From an uncultured Bacteroidales bacterium (GTDB taxonomy: Bacteria; Bacteroidota; Bacteroidia; Bacteroidales; UBA932): 64,000 nucleotides of DNA. The stretch lies in NCBI GenBank assembly GCA_949289565.1, contig CASEOO010000030.1, positions 145,813 through 209,812 of the forward strand, in the 5' to 3' direction. The notes beneath the pieces were generated by a model, which was given only the letters and a program-made list of their open reading frames with translations, made no database searches and was not told where the DNA came from. Made by a program: the position numbers and the translations under genes. Of the stretch, positions 49,032 to 59,294 are shown piece after piece (position 1 is the first letter of the stretch; the number at the start of each line of letters is the position of its first letter).

Positions 49032-50120
49032 CTATCTGATTCCGTATTTTTTCAGAATTTTCAGTATGGGTTTCTCGATGGAGCGGGCCCATGCCATATA
49101 GCCCATATCTGACGGATGAGTGCCGTCGACAGAACTTTCCCTGGCGTCTTTTCCTGTGTCAGGAGTGATGAAATAGACATCCTTGTATTTTTTCACAGCT
49201 TCATTCATCAGTTTTTCTGCCATGTCCATCTTGGCCTGTTCGTTTCTGTCGTTGATCAGGCTGAAATTCCGGCTTTCCCTGTATATGGTCTGCATGAAGA
49301 TAAGTGGCACGCCAGGATGGGCCTCCTGTATCTTTTCTATGAACGGGAACAGCCTCTCTTTTATCATGGACGCTCCTGGATTTGAGAATGCATCGAAAAT
49401 GAATGCGTCAGCTTCCACATCTGCCAGGACGTCTGCAAAGTATGGCTGCATTTTGCAGTTCCCGCTGCATCCGAGGCTGAGAATCTGCAGCCCTGTGTGC
49501 CTCATGAACTGCATCGGATATGACATCCCCGGACGGCTGATGCTTATTCCCTGGGTGTAGCTTGAGCCGAATATGGCTATCCTGTGCCTGAAAGGCGACT
49601 CCATGCTTTCCAGCGAAGCGCCTTCCTCCACTCCTATCTTTACTGAATATAATTCGCTGTATATAGGCAGATAGAGCATGCATTCCTTTTCTGCATGGTC
49701 CATGTCGCTTATCAGCACCAGAGGCCTGTCTGATTTGGGATCGGCTGTCTTGGACGCGGCGTAGGTCCATACTCCGTCTTTCATGATATAGAGGTCATAG
49801 CCTCGGAGGGCTATACCCATCGTATTCGGAGCAGTGTTGTAATATCCGAACTCGCTTTTCACGGAAATGGTCGATGAGTTTGTCTTGAAAATCACGGCCA
49901 TTCCGGCAGGGCATCTTACCTGCTCGTTTTCTCCTTTTGTAAATCCTTTGTATTTGCAAGTGTCCACGCGATGATAAGGATTCGGGGTGTCCGGCAGAAT
50001 CTTTCCTATCAGGTTCAGTTCAGATGCTTCAGTGAATTCATACTTCACATTCTTCGGTGTCTGGGCCAGGATCGGCACGGCAAGCATCAGCATTGCGGAG
50101 AAAATCAGAATTTTTTTCAT
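49032..50120 (-). CDS. Secreted SGNH/GDSL hydrolase (GxDLY N-terminal domain type)
   Basis: Signal peptide, GYDLY, MLYLPIY, FGSSYTQG, LGCSGNC, DGTHPSD.G. Confidence 0.88.
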   Translation of the reverse strand: MKKILIFSAMLMLAVPILAQTPKNVKYEFTEASELNLIGKILPDTPNPYHRVDTCKYKGFTKGENEQVRCPAGMAVIFKTNSSTISVKSEFGYYNTAPNTMGIALRGYDLYIMKDGVWTYAASKTADPKSDRPLVLISDMDHAEKECMLYLPIYSELYSVKIGVEEGASLESMESPFRHRIAIFGSSYTQGISISRPGMSYPMQFMRHTGLQILSLGCSGNCKMQPYFADVLADVEADAFIFDAFSNPGASMIKERLFPFIEKIQEAHPGVPLIFMQTIYRESRNFSLINDRNEQAKMDMAEKLMNEAVKKYKDVYFITPDTGKDARESSVDGTHPSDMGYMAWARSIEKPILKILKKYGIR

Positions 50121-50424
50121 GTTCGGATATTGTTTTAATGTTTCATTTCATAACCGGCATTCCATGACATGTTGATGGATATTGGCGGGATGTATTTGTA
50201 AATATATGAAAAATTCTGAGAACCGGGACATGTATTATAATATTGCGGGCAAAGAGTGCCCAAAGCGAGTCTTATACGTATTGTCCGGAATAATATAGTA
50301 GGCATGATAGTTCCTGTTTTGGAAAAATGACGTATATTTGCAAAAATATGAACAGATTAGACATAAGAATATGTAGGAAAGAATAACATAAGGGACATAT
50401 AAGCAGTATTTACTATTGGTTGTG

Positions 50425-50560
50425 GCGTACAGAACTTCCACTTTTATACAACAACTACAGCAATAGATAGCAAATACTCACACGATAGTGTGGGTGTTTT
50501 TGCATGTAGTTGTAGGTTGTGGAAGACCTTGTACGCAGCAAAGGTATCCACACTTTTTTT
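50425..50560 (+). promoter_or_regulatory. Large structured leader with alternative terminator-like pairing
   Basis: Nested stems GCGTACA/TGTACGC, CTTCCAC/GTGGAAG, ACAACTACA/TGTAGTTGT, GCAAATACTCACAC/GTGTGGGTGTTTTTGC; competing GCAAAGGTATCCACAC followed by T7. Confidence 0.65.
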
Positions 50561-50608
50561 ATGCCCGGAACAGAGCGCAAGAAATAACACATCAAAAACA
50601 TTATAGCT

Positions 50609-51277
50609 ATGAAAACAAACATTATTCTGACAGCGGCTGCTGTCCTTCCTCTTTTGGTGTCATGCGGAGCATCAAGACAGTCGGTTCAACAGACTCAGCC
50701 GGATGTACAGAAAGCGGCAGTTTCAGGTACAGAAGCCAAAGTGAAGGAATGGCAGGCAAAAGGTTTTTCGGTGACAGGGGCGATGTCGACCTTCACCATG
50801 TATGATCTTCTGGAAATGCACAACAGGAAAATCCTGTCAGACCCGGACAATATAGTTCCGGCATTCGGTACAGGCATCGGAGCAGACAAGGCCACGGCAC
50901 AGTATGCGGCGCTTAACAATGCCGCGACCATGTACGCAACCAAGGCAGGAAGCGTGGTTTCAGGCGGAATGACAAACCAGTTCAGCACATTCGGGGAGCA
51001 GGGCAACAAGCTGATGGGGGCCTATACTCAGAAAGTGCAGGAATATATAATGCCGATAATGAGAGAAAGCCTTTCAGTCAGCAGGATAATCACGGAAAGT
51101 GTACCGCAGAAAGGCAGGTATGAGGTCGAGTCGTATTATATAATAGATGAATCCAAAGCTGCGGAAGCCAGGAGGAATGCCATGAATGAGGCCCTTGAAG
51201 AGACCGCAACGGAGCAGATATTCGGAGATGCTGTCGATGCATGGGTGAAAGAGTTTGTGAGACCGGATGTGGAGTAG
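50609..51277 (+). CDS. Lipoprotein of unknown function (possibly LPP20-like)
   Basis: Lipobox LVSC; GTGIG.DKATAQYAALNNA resembles an LPP20-type core. Confidence 0.6.
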   Translation: MKTNIILTAAAVLPLLVSCGASRQSVQQTQPDVQKAAVSGTEAKVKEWQAKGFSVTGAMSTFTMYDLLEMHNRKILSDPDNIVPAFGTGIGADKATAQYAALNNAATMYATKAGSVVSGGMTNQFSTFGEQGNKLMGAYTQKVQEYIMPIMRESLSVSRIITESVPQKGRYEVESYYIIDESKAAEARRNAMNEALEETATEQIFGDAVDAWVKEFVRPDVE

Positions 51278-51280
51278 GCG

Positions 51281-52186
51281 ATGAGGTTCGTTTTATCGGT
51301 TCTGGTCCTGATAGTCTTCACTACGGAGAATGTGCAGGCACAGAAGGTCATCCGTTCGTCATCCAGGATCAAACCTGTATGGATAAGGAATGTTGCATCT
51401 TTGGACAGGCAGCGTCATACCGGAACATACGAGTTCAGGATGGTGGAGAATTCCGGAGAGTCTCTACCCCAGCTTGAAAAGGACAGGATTTATGCCCTGG
51501 GAACGTATCTGGAATCCACGCATGACATTTCAGGAGTCATAGAAAGGGATTATGAAGATGTCCTGAGAGGCAACGGCTATACGGACAGGATATCGAATAG
51601 TCTTACATTCAAGACGAAAACATCGGTCCGGACATTCAATGCCGTGATGATAGACAATTATTGGGAGCAGGTAAGAGTCCCCGGGATCGGCATAAGATAC
51701 AATTATTACACGTTGTATGCGGTGACAGACCATCCCGGCGATTTCATCACAGATGATTTTGGAACGACGGAACTGTACGGGGCGAGAGGACTGTGGCGTT
51801 CGGCGATTGTGCCTGGCTGGGGACAGCTGTACAAGGGTCAGACAGTGAAAGGCAGTCTGATTCTTGGAGGATGCGCGGCACTGGCTGGCGGGATAGCTGT
51901 GACGGAAGTCCTCAGACAGGACTGTATCAGGCAGATATCACAGACGCACGAGGCATACCAGAAACAGGCGTATGCTGTCAGAGTGAATAATTACGCGACG
52001 GCGAGGAATATCTGTATCGGGGCAGCCGCCGCACTGTATGTATATGGTCTGATAGATTCGATAGTGTCTCCCGGAGCGAGACGGATAACCGTCATGGACA
52101 GGGTGGCTGGAGGCAGACGCTGGTCTGCAGTTCCTGCGGTGCTCCCGGAAGGGGCGGCCGGGATAGCGGCAGTCATGAAGTTTTAA
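51281..52186 (+). CDS. Exported protein with C-terminal DUF5683-like membrane domain
   Basis: Signal peptide, KPVWI, RSAIVPGWGQLYKGQ..KG, YVYGLIDS. Confidence 0.72.
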   Translation: MRFVLSVLVLIVFTTENVQAQKVIRSSSRIKPVWIRNVASLDRQRHTGTYEFRMVENSGESLPQLEKDRIYALGTYLESTHDISGVIERDYEDVLRGNGYTDRISNSLTFKTKTSVRTFNAVMIDNYWEQVRVPGIGIRYNYYTLYAVTDHPGDFITDDFGTTELYGARGLWRSAIVPGWGQLYKGQTVKGSLILGGCAALAGGIAVTEVLRQDCIRQISQTHEAYQKQAYAVRVNNYATARNICIGAAAALYVYGLIDSIVSPGARRITVMDRVAGGRRWSAVPAVLPEGAAGIAAVMKF

Positions 52187-52208
52187 ACTGGAAAAAGAAA
52201 ATTAATTA

Positions 52209-53894
52209 ATGAAAAAAGTATTGTTGTTATTCAGTTCCATTGCAGCCTTTGTGTTGTCAGGCTGCAATGAGTATGAAGTGGACATGTTCGGAAGCATCAG
52301 CGGAGTCGTGTCAGATTCTGAAATGAACGAGCCGCTTTCCGGCGTGAAAGTGGCCTTGTCTCCCGGAGGTGTATCTCAGGTGACATCGAATGACGGGACT
52401 TTCGCTTTCGAAGGATTGTCCGCCCAGGAATATTCTCTGACTTTCACGAGAACAGGCTATGCCAGCCAGACACAGAAAGTGGCGGTCAAGGCCGGTGTGA
52501 CATCAAGTGTGCAGGTAACATTGGAGACCTCAGGTCCTGTGCTTTACGTATCCGAGGAGAAACTCGATTTCGAAGCGGATCTTACGATATTGTCTTTCGA
52601 TATCAGAAATGACGGAGACGGTGAACTGGAGTGGAAAATTTCCGAAAATGCAGACTGGATAGAATGCTCGGAATCAAGCGGAACGGCTGGGAATGGAACA
52701 TCATCGGTGACAGTGACGGTGTCGCGTTCGGATATAGAGCCGGGAACATACAGGGAGACGATAGTGGTGACTTCAAACGGAGGAGGGGAAACCATAGAGG
52801 TGACTATGACTGTCCAGGACAGTTTTTCCCAGTTTTATGTGACTCCTGAGAGCCTGGATTTCGGAGCGGAGGATATATCGCTGGAACTGCGGATTTACAA
52901 TGCCTGCGATTCGAAAATAAACTGGACGGCAGAGTCTGAAAACGGTTGGGTGATACTGGACAGAAAGTCAGGAAGCCTTCAGGCAGGAGACGAGGAGCGC
53001 ATTTCAGTGATAGTTTCACGGGAAGGTCTGTCTGCCGGTGATTATACATCCGGAATCAGATTCATGGCCGGGGGAAAGGCCGTGGATGTGCCAGTAAGGA
53101 TGTCCGTGGCATCGGAAGAAAAGCCCGTAGTGTCTATCGAACGTGTTTCCGGGATAACTTACAGCAGCGCATCCGTATCAGGCGCCATCATATCCGTAGG
53201 TACATCCGGCGTCAGCAGATACGGATTCTGCTGGAGTACAAGCCAGAATCCTACGCTGTCCGGCGATCATTCCGATATGGGTGATTGCATTTCTCCAAAA
53301 GCGTTTACAGGTACGATATCGAATCTCAAGTCCGAGACGAAGTATTATGTAAGGGCCTATGCGGAGAACGACGAGGGCATATCATATAGCGAGAAAACCC
53401 TGTCTTTCACGACATCGTCGTATGGCGGAGGCGGCAGTGGAGACGATGATGAACCTGTGGTGGAAGACTACAGTTCGGCGACTGTGGAGTCAGGGGACAG
53501 CAGGATTGTCCCTGAAATCGTAAGCTGCAAGAGAAGCGGTTCTACTGTCACTCTGACATATACACTGCGCAACAATGGTTTGGGAAGCATAAATGATTTC
53601 AGAATATATACTACGAACAGCAGCAGTCTGATTTCAGGCGGATACCGGACTGTGATAACGGACGACAACTACAACAATTATGTGACGTCTACCTATAAAT
53701 TCAACAATGTGACCCAAAGCCAGAATTATATCCTGAATGCGGCTTTCCCTGACAGGGTGAAGGTTACCGGGTCGGTAACTGTTCCGGATTTCGACCGTTC
53801 GGCAGAAAAATTGACGGTAATACTCGGAATATGGGCGTATGGCGAAACCCTCGCCGACCCTCGTATTTACTTTGAGGATGTCCCGATTTACTGA
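52209..53894 (+). CDS. Lipoprotein with carboxypeptidase-regulatory-like, two BACON-like and FN3 domains
   Basis: Lipobox LSGC; GSISGVVSD..PLSGVKV; IRNDGDGELEW; YGFCWS..NPT...LKSETKYYVRAYAEN.EG.SY. Confidence 0.78.
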   Translation: MKKVLLLFSSIAAFVLSGCNEYEVDMFGSISGVVSDSEMNEPLSGVKVALSPGGVSQVTSNDGTFAFEGLSAQEYSLTFTRTGYASQTQKVAVKAGVTSSVQVTLETSGPVLYVSEEKLDFEADLTILSFDIRNDGDGELEWKISENADWIECSESSGTAGNGTSSVTVTVSRSDIEPGTYRETIVVTSNGGGETIEVTMTVQDSFSQFYVTPESLDFGAEDISLELRIYNACDSKINWTAESENGWVILDRKSGSLQAGDEERISVIVSREGLSAGDYTSGIRFMAGGKAVDVPVRMSVASEEKPVVSIERVSGITYSSASVSGAIISVGTSGVSRYGFCWSTSQNPTLSGDHSDMGDCISPKAFTGTISNLKSETKYYVRAYAENDEGISYSEKTLSFTTSSYGGGGSGDDDEPVVEDYSSATVESGDSRIVPEIVSCKRSGSTVTLTYTLRNNGLGSINDFRIYTTNSSSLISGGYRTVITDDNYNNYVTSTYKFNNVTQSQNYILNAAFPDRVKVTGSVTVPDFDRSAEKLTVILGIWAYGETLADPRIYFEDVPIY

Positions 53895-53997
53895 TAACCT
53901 GATTTTATTTATTGACCGGAAAAATCATGGATTTCATGTTTTTCCCGGTCAATTTTGATATCTTTGACAGAATGTTGGATCAGGAAAATCAAAGTAT

Positions 53998-54450
53998 ATG
54001 CTGAAAGAAGGAGACAGGATCCCGGATTTCCAGGCTCAGGACCAGGACGGGAACACAGTGACACAAAAGGATTTCGAAGGGAAGAGAATTGTGCTTTATT
54101 TCTATCCGAAAGACAGTACTCCGGGATGTACGGCAGAGGCCTGCAATCTGAGGGACAACTACGGCGCACTTCGCGCGGCCGGGTATGAAATATACGGGGT
54201 GAGCAAGGACAGTGCCGCCTCCCATGGAAGGTTCATCGAAAAGAATTCATTGCCTTTCACTCTCTTGTCCGACCCGTCCACGGAGATGCTTCAGGCATTC
54301 GGGGCATGGGGCGAAAAGAAGCTTTACGGAAAGGTCAGCATGGGGACGCTGCGCAAGACGTTCATCATCGCCGCCGACGGCACGGTGGAACGCATTATCA
54401 GCAAGGTCGACACGAAAAACCACACGGAGCAGATTCTGGGTGTGCAATAA
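53998..54450 (+). CDS. bcp: Thioredoxin-dependent thiol peroxidase (BCP/PrxQ)
   Basis: LYFYPKDSTPGCTAEAC, GVSKDS, FTLLSD, WGEKKLYGK. Confidence 0.95.
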   Translation: MLKEGDRIPDFQAQDQDGNTVTQKDFEGKRIVLYFYPKDSTPGCTAEACNLRDNYGALRAAGYEIYGVSKDSAASHGRFIEKNSLPFTLLSDPSTEMLQAFGAWGEKKLYGKVSMGTLRKTFIIAADGTVERIISKVDTKNHTEQILGVQ

Positions 54451-55630
54451 TCCTGTTTTCGAGGAACACAGCCCCGCATGACAGGATATAGTAAACTATA
54501 ATCTGCACCGTCATGGCGGCTATCTGCGTCTCTGCCATGGCCAGTCCAGCCCCGGCGGTATTCATGTTCATGAAAGCCCGGACAGCGAAAGTCGACGGGA
54601 AAATGTATGAAAACCATCTCCAGAAAGCCGGGAAGCTGCTTTCCGGCCAGGAAAACCCTGTCAGGAACAAGCAGACGACCGACATAAGCAGGAATATCAC
54701 GAACACCGTCTCCCTGTGCCGGATGAACGTGCTGAAAGTGAAACTGAACACTACGCAGGCTGTCACGAAGAACATCAGCAGCACCAGTATGTCCCCGAAA
54801 GGGCAGTTCTGGGGCAGGCCGATCATACGTGGAGCCAGGACAGCCACATAGATGCCGATACCCATGTATAAAAGCCAGTAAGCGGCGCCTCTTCCCAGCA
54901 CAGTCCTCGAAATCCCGCGGCCTTGAAGCCTGTCCGGCATGACAGCGAAACTGCGATGCTCCTCCCTCATGGTCCCGGACAGCATCGACACTCCGAAAAA
55001 CATTGTCTGCTGGATGATGACAAGCAGCACGGCCGACAGAAAGAACACGCTGTATGACATAGCCCTGTTGTAAGGCATGGTATCTACGTACCTTATGGGA
55101 TGAACCAGCCTGTCAGCCGCACTTCCCATACCTGCGGCAGAAAGCCGTGCCTCCTGTATGCCGTGCATCTCGTCCAGCATCACCATGTTCACTGCCATCG
55201 TCAGATTCTTGTAATAGATGAAGCTGCTCATGTCCGCATAGACAGACACTCCTGCCTGCCTCCCGGAGGCGAGACATTCTTCGAAGTCCCTGTGAATCAG
55301 GACGATCCCGTGCACCTCCCTTTGTTGCATCAGTCTTTCGGCTTCAGCCATGTTCAGACAAGAACGGCTCACTTTTACCTCACGCGTTGCATCCAGCTTT
55401 CTCAGAAACCGCCTGCCAGTCTGGCTTCCGGACTCGTCCACTACGGCCACCGGCATGTCATCCAGCGTCCCGTTTGAGTAAATGATCCCGTACAGCACCG
55501 GATATGCCAGCCCTGCCAGAAAAAATATGATCAGGACACCGCTGTCGCTGAAAATATGTTTTAATTCCCGGACGAAAATGGCGTGCCAGTCGGAAAGCCA
55601 TTGTCCGAAATATGTCAGAATTTTAATCAT
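54398..55630 (-). CDS. ABC-2 type transporter permease (YbhR/S-like)
   Basis: N-terminal TM segment, PVAVVDES, six C-terminal hydrophobic segments, FLTGFSWP. Confidence 0.85.
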   Translation of the reverse strand: MIKILTYFGQWLSDWHAIFVRELKHIFSDSGVLIIFFLAGLAYPVLYGIIYSNGTLDDMPVAVVDESGSQTGRRFLRKLDATREVKVSRSCLNMAEAERLMQQREVHGIVLIHRDFEECLASGRQAGVSVYADMSSFIYYKNLTMAVNMVMLDEMHGIQEARLSAAGMGSAADRLVHPIRYVDTMPYNRAMSYSVFFLSAVLLVIIQQTMFFGVSMLSGTMREEHRSFAVMPDRLQGRGISRTVLGRGAAYWLLYMGIGIYVAVLAPRMIGLPQNCPFGDILVLLMFFVTACVVFSFTFSTFIRHRETVFVIFLLMSVVCLFLTGFSWPESSFPAFWRWFSYIFPSTFAVRAFMNMNTAGAGLAMAETQIAAMTVQIIVYYILSCGAVFLENRIIAHPESAPCGFSCRPC

Positions 55631-55669
55631 TTCATATTGTTGGCAGTGGTTTCCACTGCCAATATTTTA

Positions 55670-56839
55670 CTATTTACGTGGAAAATTCAGGTCAATATAT
55701 GCTCTCTGCAGCCGTCTGTAAACAAGCGGAGGGAGCCCCAGGAAACACAGCATGGCAATGGCCTGCGGATACCAGCCTGCAAAGCCGCTTCCGAAAATGC
55801 CTTCCTGCACATACATGAGGTAGAAATGCCGGAGCGGGAAAGCCGCGGCCAGACCTTGTATGCATGAAGGCATGGCTTCGACAGGAAGAGAGAACCCTGC
55901 CAGAGAAAACGCGAGCATGCTGTAAAGCGCCGAAATACTTATTGCCAGTCTCAAGACTGGCAATATTCCTGCGATGAAAAATGCCGCGGCCTCGCTTGCA
56001 AGCACGAGCAGGAAAGTCCCCAGGAACATGTTCCAGATGCTTCCGGCCATGGGAAACTCCATCCAGTCATAGAGTATGAGATCGCATATGATTCCCATCG
56101 TGGTGAAAAGCACTGTATAAGGCAGCAGTTTCCCCAGCATGGCGGCAGTCATCGAACCTCCGGCCTTTTCCAGCAGATGCCTGGATGTCCCGTGCTTGAG
56201 CTCCGAACCGATGGCATAGACAGTCACCAATATAATGATGGTCTCCAGTATGCCGGGAATCAGGGCGCTGCACAGGAAAGCCCTGTAGTCGGCGGCGGGA
56301 TTCCCGATATTGTGTGAGTCGATGACGATCGGCTGTATCTGTCCCATGATGGATCTGTCATCCATGCCCTTGGCCCTGAACACCTCCTGTTGGACCGCTC
56401 CGGAAGACAGGTTCACCAATGTCAGCAGTTCCTTGTACGAAAGCGCTCCTCCCACGAAGTACAATGTGTTTACATACATCGTCAGCTCAGGCTGTCTGTT
56501 CGCCAGTACATCGCTGTAGAAACCTTCCGGAATCATGCAGAATGATGTGATTTTCCCGGTCTGCAATGCCTTTTTGGCCTCCTGATAAGAACAGAAACTG
56601 ACCGTTTTTCCGATACGTGTCGCCTCCAGCTGCCTGATGAAATTTCTCGACAGCGAAGACTGGTCCATATCCACCACTCCGATGGGAAGATCCTGCGGAA
56701 TCCTGTCCCGGAGCAGAGTCAGGAAGAAAACCATGCAGAATGTCATCACTCCTATTGATGCCAGAAGGTACACTGGCCGCTGTCTCATTATCCTCAGCTC
56801 TCTCCGGCTGACAGCCATGATATGTTCCAGTATATTCAT
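55670..56839 (-). CDS. ABC-2 type transporter permease (YbhR/S-like)
   Basis: RRELR, LPIGVVDMDQS, IGSELKHGT, GKLLPYT, AGFSLP. Confidence 0.85.
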   Translation of the reverse strand: MNILEHIMAVSRRELRIMRQRPVYLLASIGVMTFCMVFFLTLLRDRIPQDLPIGVVDMDQSSLSRNFIRQLEATRIGKTVSFCSYQEAKKALQTGKITSFCMIPEGFYSDVLANRQPELTMYVNTLYFVGGALSYKELLTLVNLSSGAVQQEVFRAKGMDDRSIMGQIQPIVIDSHNIGNPAADYRAFLCSALIPGILETIIILVTVYAIGSELKHGTSRHLLEKAGGSMTAAMLGKLLPYTVLFTTMGIICDLILYDWMEFPMAGSIWNMFLGTFLLVLASEAAAFFIAGILPVLRLAISISALYSMLAFSLAGFSLPVEAMPSCIQGLAAAFPLRHFYLMYVQEGIFGSGFAGWYPQAIAMLCFLGLPPLVYRRLQRAYIDLNFPRK

Positions 56840-56875
56840 AGATTCCTCCTATTCCAGTTGAAGACTGCCTCCGGA

Positions 56876-57865
56876 TTAATCCACGACTATTGCCGTCATC
56901 CCCGGCAGCAGTCCATCTATATGTCTGACAGGGACTGTCCGCACTTCGAAGGTCTTCGCATCGTATTTCCCTGTGTCCAATGTGGCCCTCCATGTGGCAT
57001 ATGATTCCATCACGTTCATATAGCGGACTATGGTAGTGTACACAGTGTCACCGAGAGCCGGCACTTTCACCCTGAGTTCATCTCCGATTCGAAGGCCGTG
57101 AAGCATATCCTCCCTGATGCTGAATGTGAACCATGCATCATTCAGGTCGGTTACGGCCATTACAGGGGCTCCCTGCCCTGCAAGTTCTCCAGGCTTCGGA
57201 AACCTGGCAGAGATGACACCGTCGGCAGGGGCAGTCAGATAAAGTTCCCCGAGATAAGACTCGACTTCAGCCAAAGCGGCGGCCGCCTGGTCCACAAGAG
57301 CCTCAACGGTCTCGATATCTTCTTTTCTCGCGCCTTTTACCGCCATGTCGTATTGTGCTTTTGCAGCCGCGCTTGTCGCTTTTGCCGCCTTGTATTGTGC
57401 CTGCACCTCGTCGAATTTCTGCGCGCTCACCACCTCCTGTTCATACAGCCTCGACGTCCTTTCAAACGACTTTTCCATCACCTCCTCGCCGGCCAGCGCC
57501 TTTTGCCACATCTCGTATGCAGAGGCTATCTGCTCCTGTCTGGCGCCTTTCATCGCCTTGTTTTTCTGGGCTTCCGCAGCCGATTTCACCGCCATGGCCT
57601 GGGCCAGTTTCGCCTGCACTTCCGGACTCTCTATCTTCACGAGAGTGTCACCCTTGTGCACGAAGTCGCCTTCTCCGGCATAAAACTTTTCTACGCGGCC
57701 CGGCACTTTCCCCGAGACCCTGTATTCAGCCGCTTCCGCCTGTCCTTGCAGGACAATGGGATCGGGCTTCGACACTATATACCCGGCCAGCATCACTGCG
57801 GCCACGATAGCCAGCAATGCTATGATTCCTATAAGCAGATTATAACTTTTCTTCTTTTTTTCCAT
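56876..57865 (-). CDS. HlyD-family membrane fusion protein
   Basis: N-terminal TM segment, VSGKVPGRV..EGDFV.KGD, coiled coil, APADGVI, LLPGMT. Confidence 0.9.
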   Translation of the reverse strand: MEKKKKSYNLLIGIIALLAIVAAVMLAGYIVSKPDPIVLQGQAEAAEYRVSGKVPGRVEKFYAGEGDFVHKGDTLVKIESPEVQAKLAQAMAVKSAAEAQKNKAMKGARQEQIASAYEMWQKALAGEEVMEKSFERTSRLYEQEVVSAQKFDEVQAQYKAAKATSAAAKAQYDMAVKGARKEDIETVEALVDQAAAALAEVESYLGELYLTAPADGVISARFPKPGELAGQGAPVMAVTDLNDAWFTFSIREDMLHGLRIGDELRVKVPALGDTVYTTIVRYMNVMESYATWRATLDTGKYDAKTFEVRTVPVRHIDGLLPGMTAIVVD

Positions 57866-57902
57866 ATCGATATCTCCTTAATGTTAGTTTTGGAAATTAA
57901 CG

Positions 57903-59294
57903 TCACCGGCATTCTGCCCGTGCCAGGGCATCTGTTGTCATCTGGAGTTCCACTCCTGCATCAATATATTCTGAATGAGCCTTCATCCATGCTGACTGCG
58001 CCGCCATCACTGTATTTGACGGGATCACGCCTTCACCATAGCCTATGGTTGCAGTCCTGAGGTTCTCCTCCGCACTCTCCAGGCTGTTCTCCGCCATCTC
58101 CAGCTTCTCTCTGGCCTCGGCTTCCTGTTTTCTCAGCTGGGTCACCTGCAGCATGATCTTATCCCTGGCATCCTCCAGCCTGTACTCTGCGATGGCGGCT
58201 TCCGCTTTCGCCTTGCGTACTTTCTGCCAGGATTCGCATCCGTGAATGATAGGGATCTTCACTGCGACTCCTGCATTGAACATCCCTGCGAAAGTGTTGC
58301 TGAATCCATGGTATATATTAGGATTGGTCAGCAGATAATTGGCCGTGAGGGCTATCTGCGGCATCATGCCCGCACGCTCTACAGCCACTTTTCTGTCATA
58401 GATTTCTTCTGCCAGTTCCAGACTGCGGATTTCAGGCCTTCCGGCAATGATGTCGGCATATCCTTTTTCCTGGCCTCTTGCCGGCACCGGAATCCATTCT
58501 GCCAGCTCATCTTCAAGAGTGATTTCGCTGTTCATATCCATGCCGCATAGCTGGCAGAGCAGCATCTTGCTCAGGGAAAGCCCGTTTTCTGCCTTGGTCA
58601 GAAGCATCTGGGCCTCGTTTGCCTTGACTTTGACGGACAGCAGGTCTGCCTGGGTGGCCATGCCCTCGTTCACCATGAGTTCCGTGTCGTGCAGCATCTG
58701 CTGCAGCAGATCCGAATAGTCTCTGGCGAGTTTCTCTTTCCACGAGATCGAAACTATCTGCCAGTAAGCCTTGTCCACTTCCGTGGCAAGCTGTCTGCAT
58801 CCGATGTCGTACTGCGACTGTGCCAGTTCTTCCGCAAGCGAAGCTATCCTGTTGGCCGCCACGATTTTGCCTCCGGTGAACACAGGCTGCTTTAGGGAAA
58901 CTGCGCCGATGAAAATGTTCTGCGTGTCCAGTTCCAAAGCCGAATTGATGTCGTTCCCTATGCCGTTAAGAATATCTCCTATCTTGTTCAGAATAGTTCC
59001 TTGAAGGGGAGTTCCGAGACCTGTCAGCACATCTGAGGCCTCCTGCGGAATCAGGTGGACGTCCCGGCTGTTGTACATATATGCTCCCGTAACAGATACG
59101 TCCGGAAACCAGTTAGACATGGCTATTTTTCTGTCATGCCCGGCTACGGTCACTTTCTGCCTGGCGATTTTCAGGTCATAGTTGTTTGCCATGGCTGAGT
59201 CCCGGCATTGCTGCAGGGTCAGCACTTGGGAGTAGCCTGCCGTCCACGGCAATATTGACAGCATCGCTGTCAGGATGATGTTTCTTTTTTTCAT
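57903..59294 (-). CDS. TolC-family outer-membrane efflux protein
   Basis: Signal peptide, LTLQQCRDSAMANN, QPVFTGG, RPEI, repeated helical architecture. Confidence 0.9.
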   Translation of the reverse strand: MKKRNIILTAMLSILPWTAGYSQVLTLQQCRDSAMANNYDLKIARQKVTVAGHDRKIAMSNWFPDVSVTGAYMYNSRDVHLIPQEASDVLTGLGTPLQGTILNKIGDILNGIGNDINSALELDTQNIFIGAVSLKQPVFTGGKIVAANRIASLAEELAQSQYDIGCRQLATEVDKAYWQIVSISWKEKLARDYSDLLQQMLHDTELMVNEGMATQADLLSVKVKANEAQMLLTKAENGLSLSKMLLCQLCGMDMNSEITLEDELAEWIPVPARGQEKGYADIIAGRPEIRSLELAEEIYDRKVAVERAGMMPQIALTANYLLTNPNIYHGFSNTFAGMFNAGVAVKIPIIHGCESWQKVRKAKAEAAIAEYRLEDARDKIMLQVTQLRKQEAEAREKLEMAENSLESAEENLRTATIGYGEGVIPSNTVMAAQSAWMKAHSEYIDAGVELQMTTDALARAECR

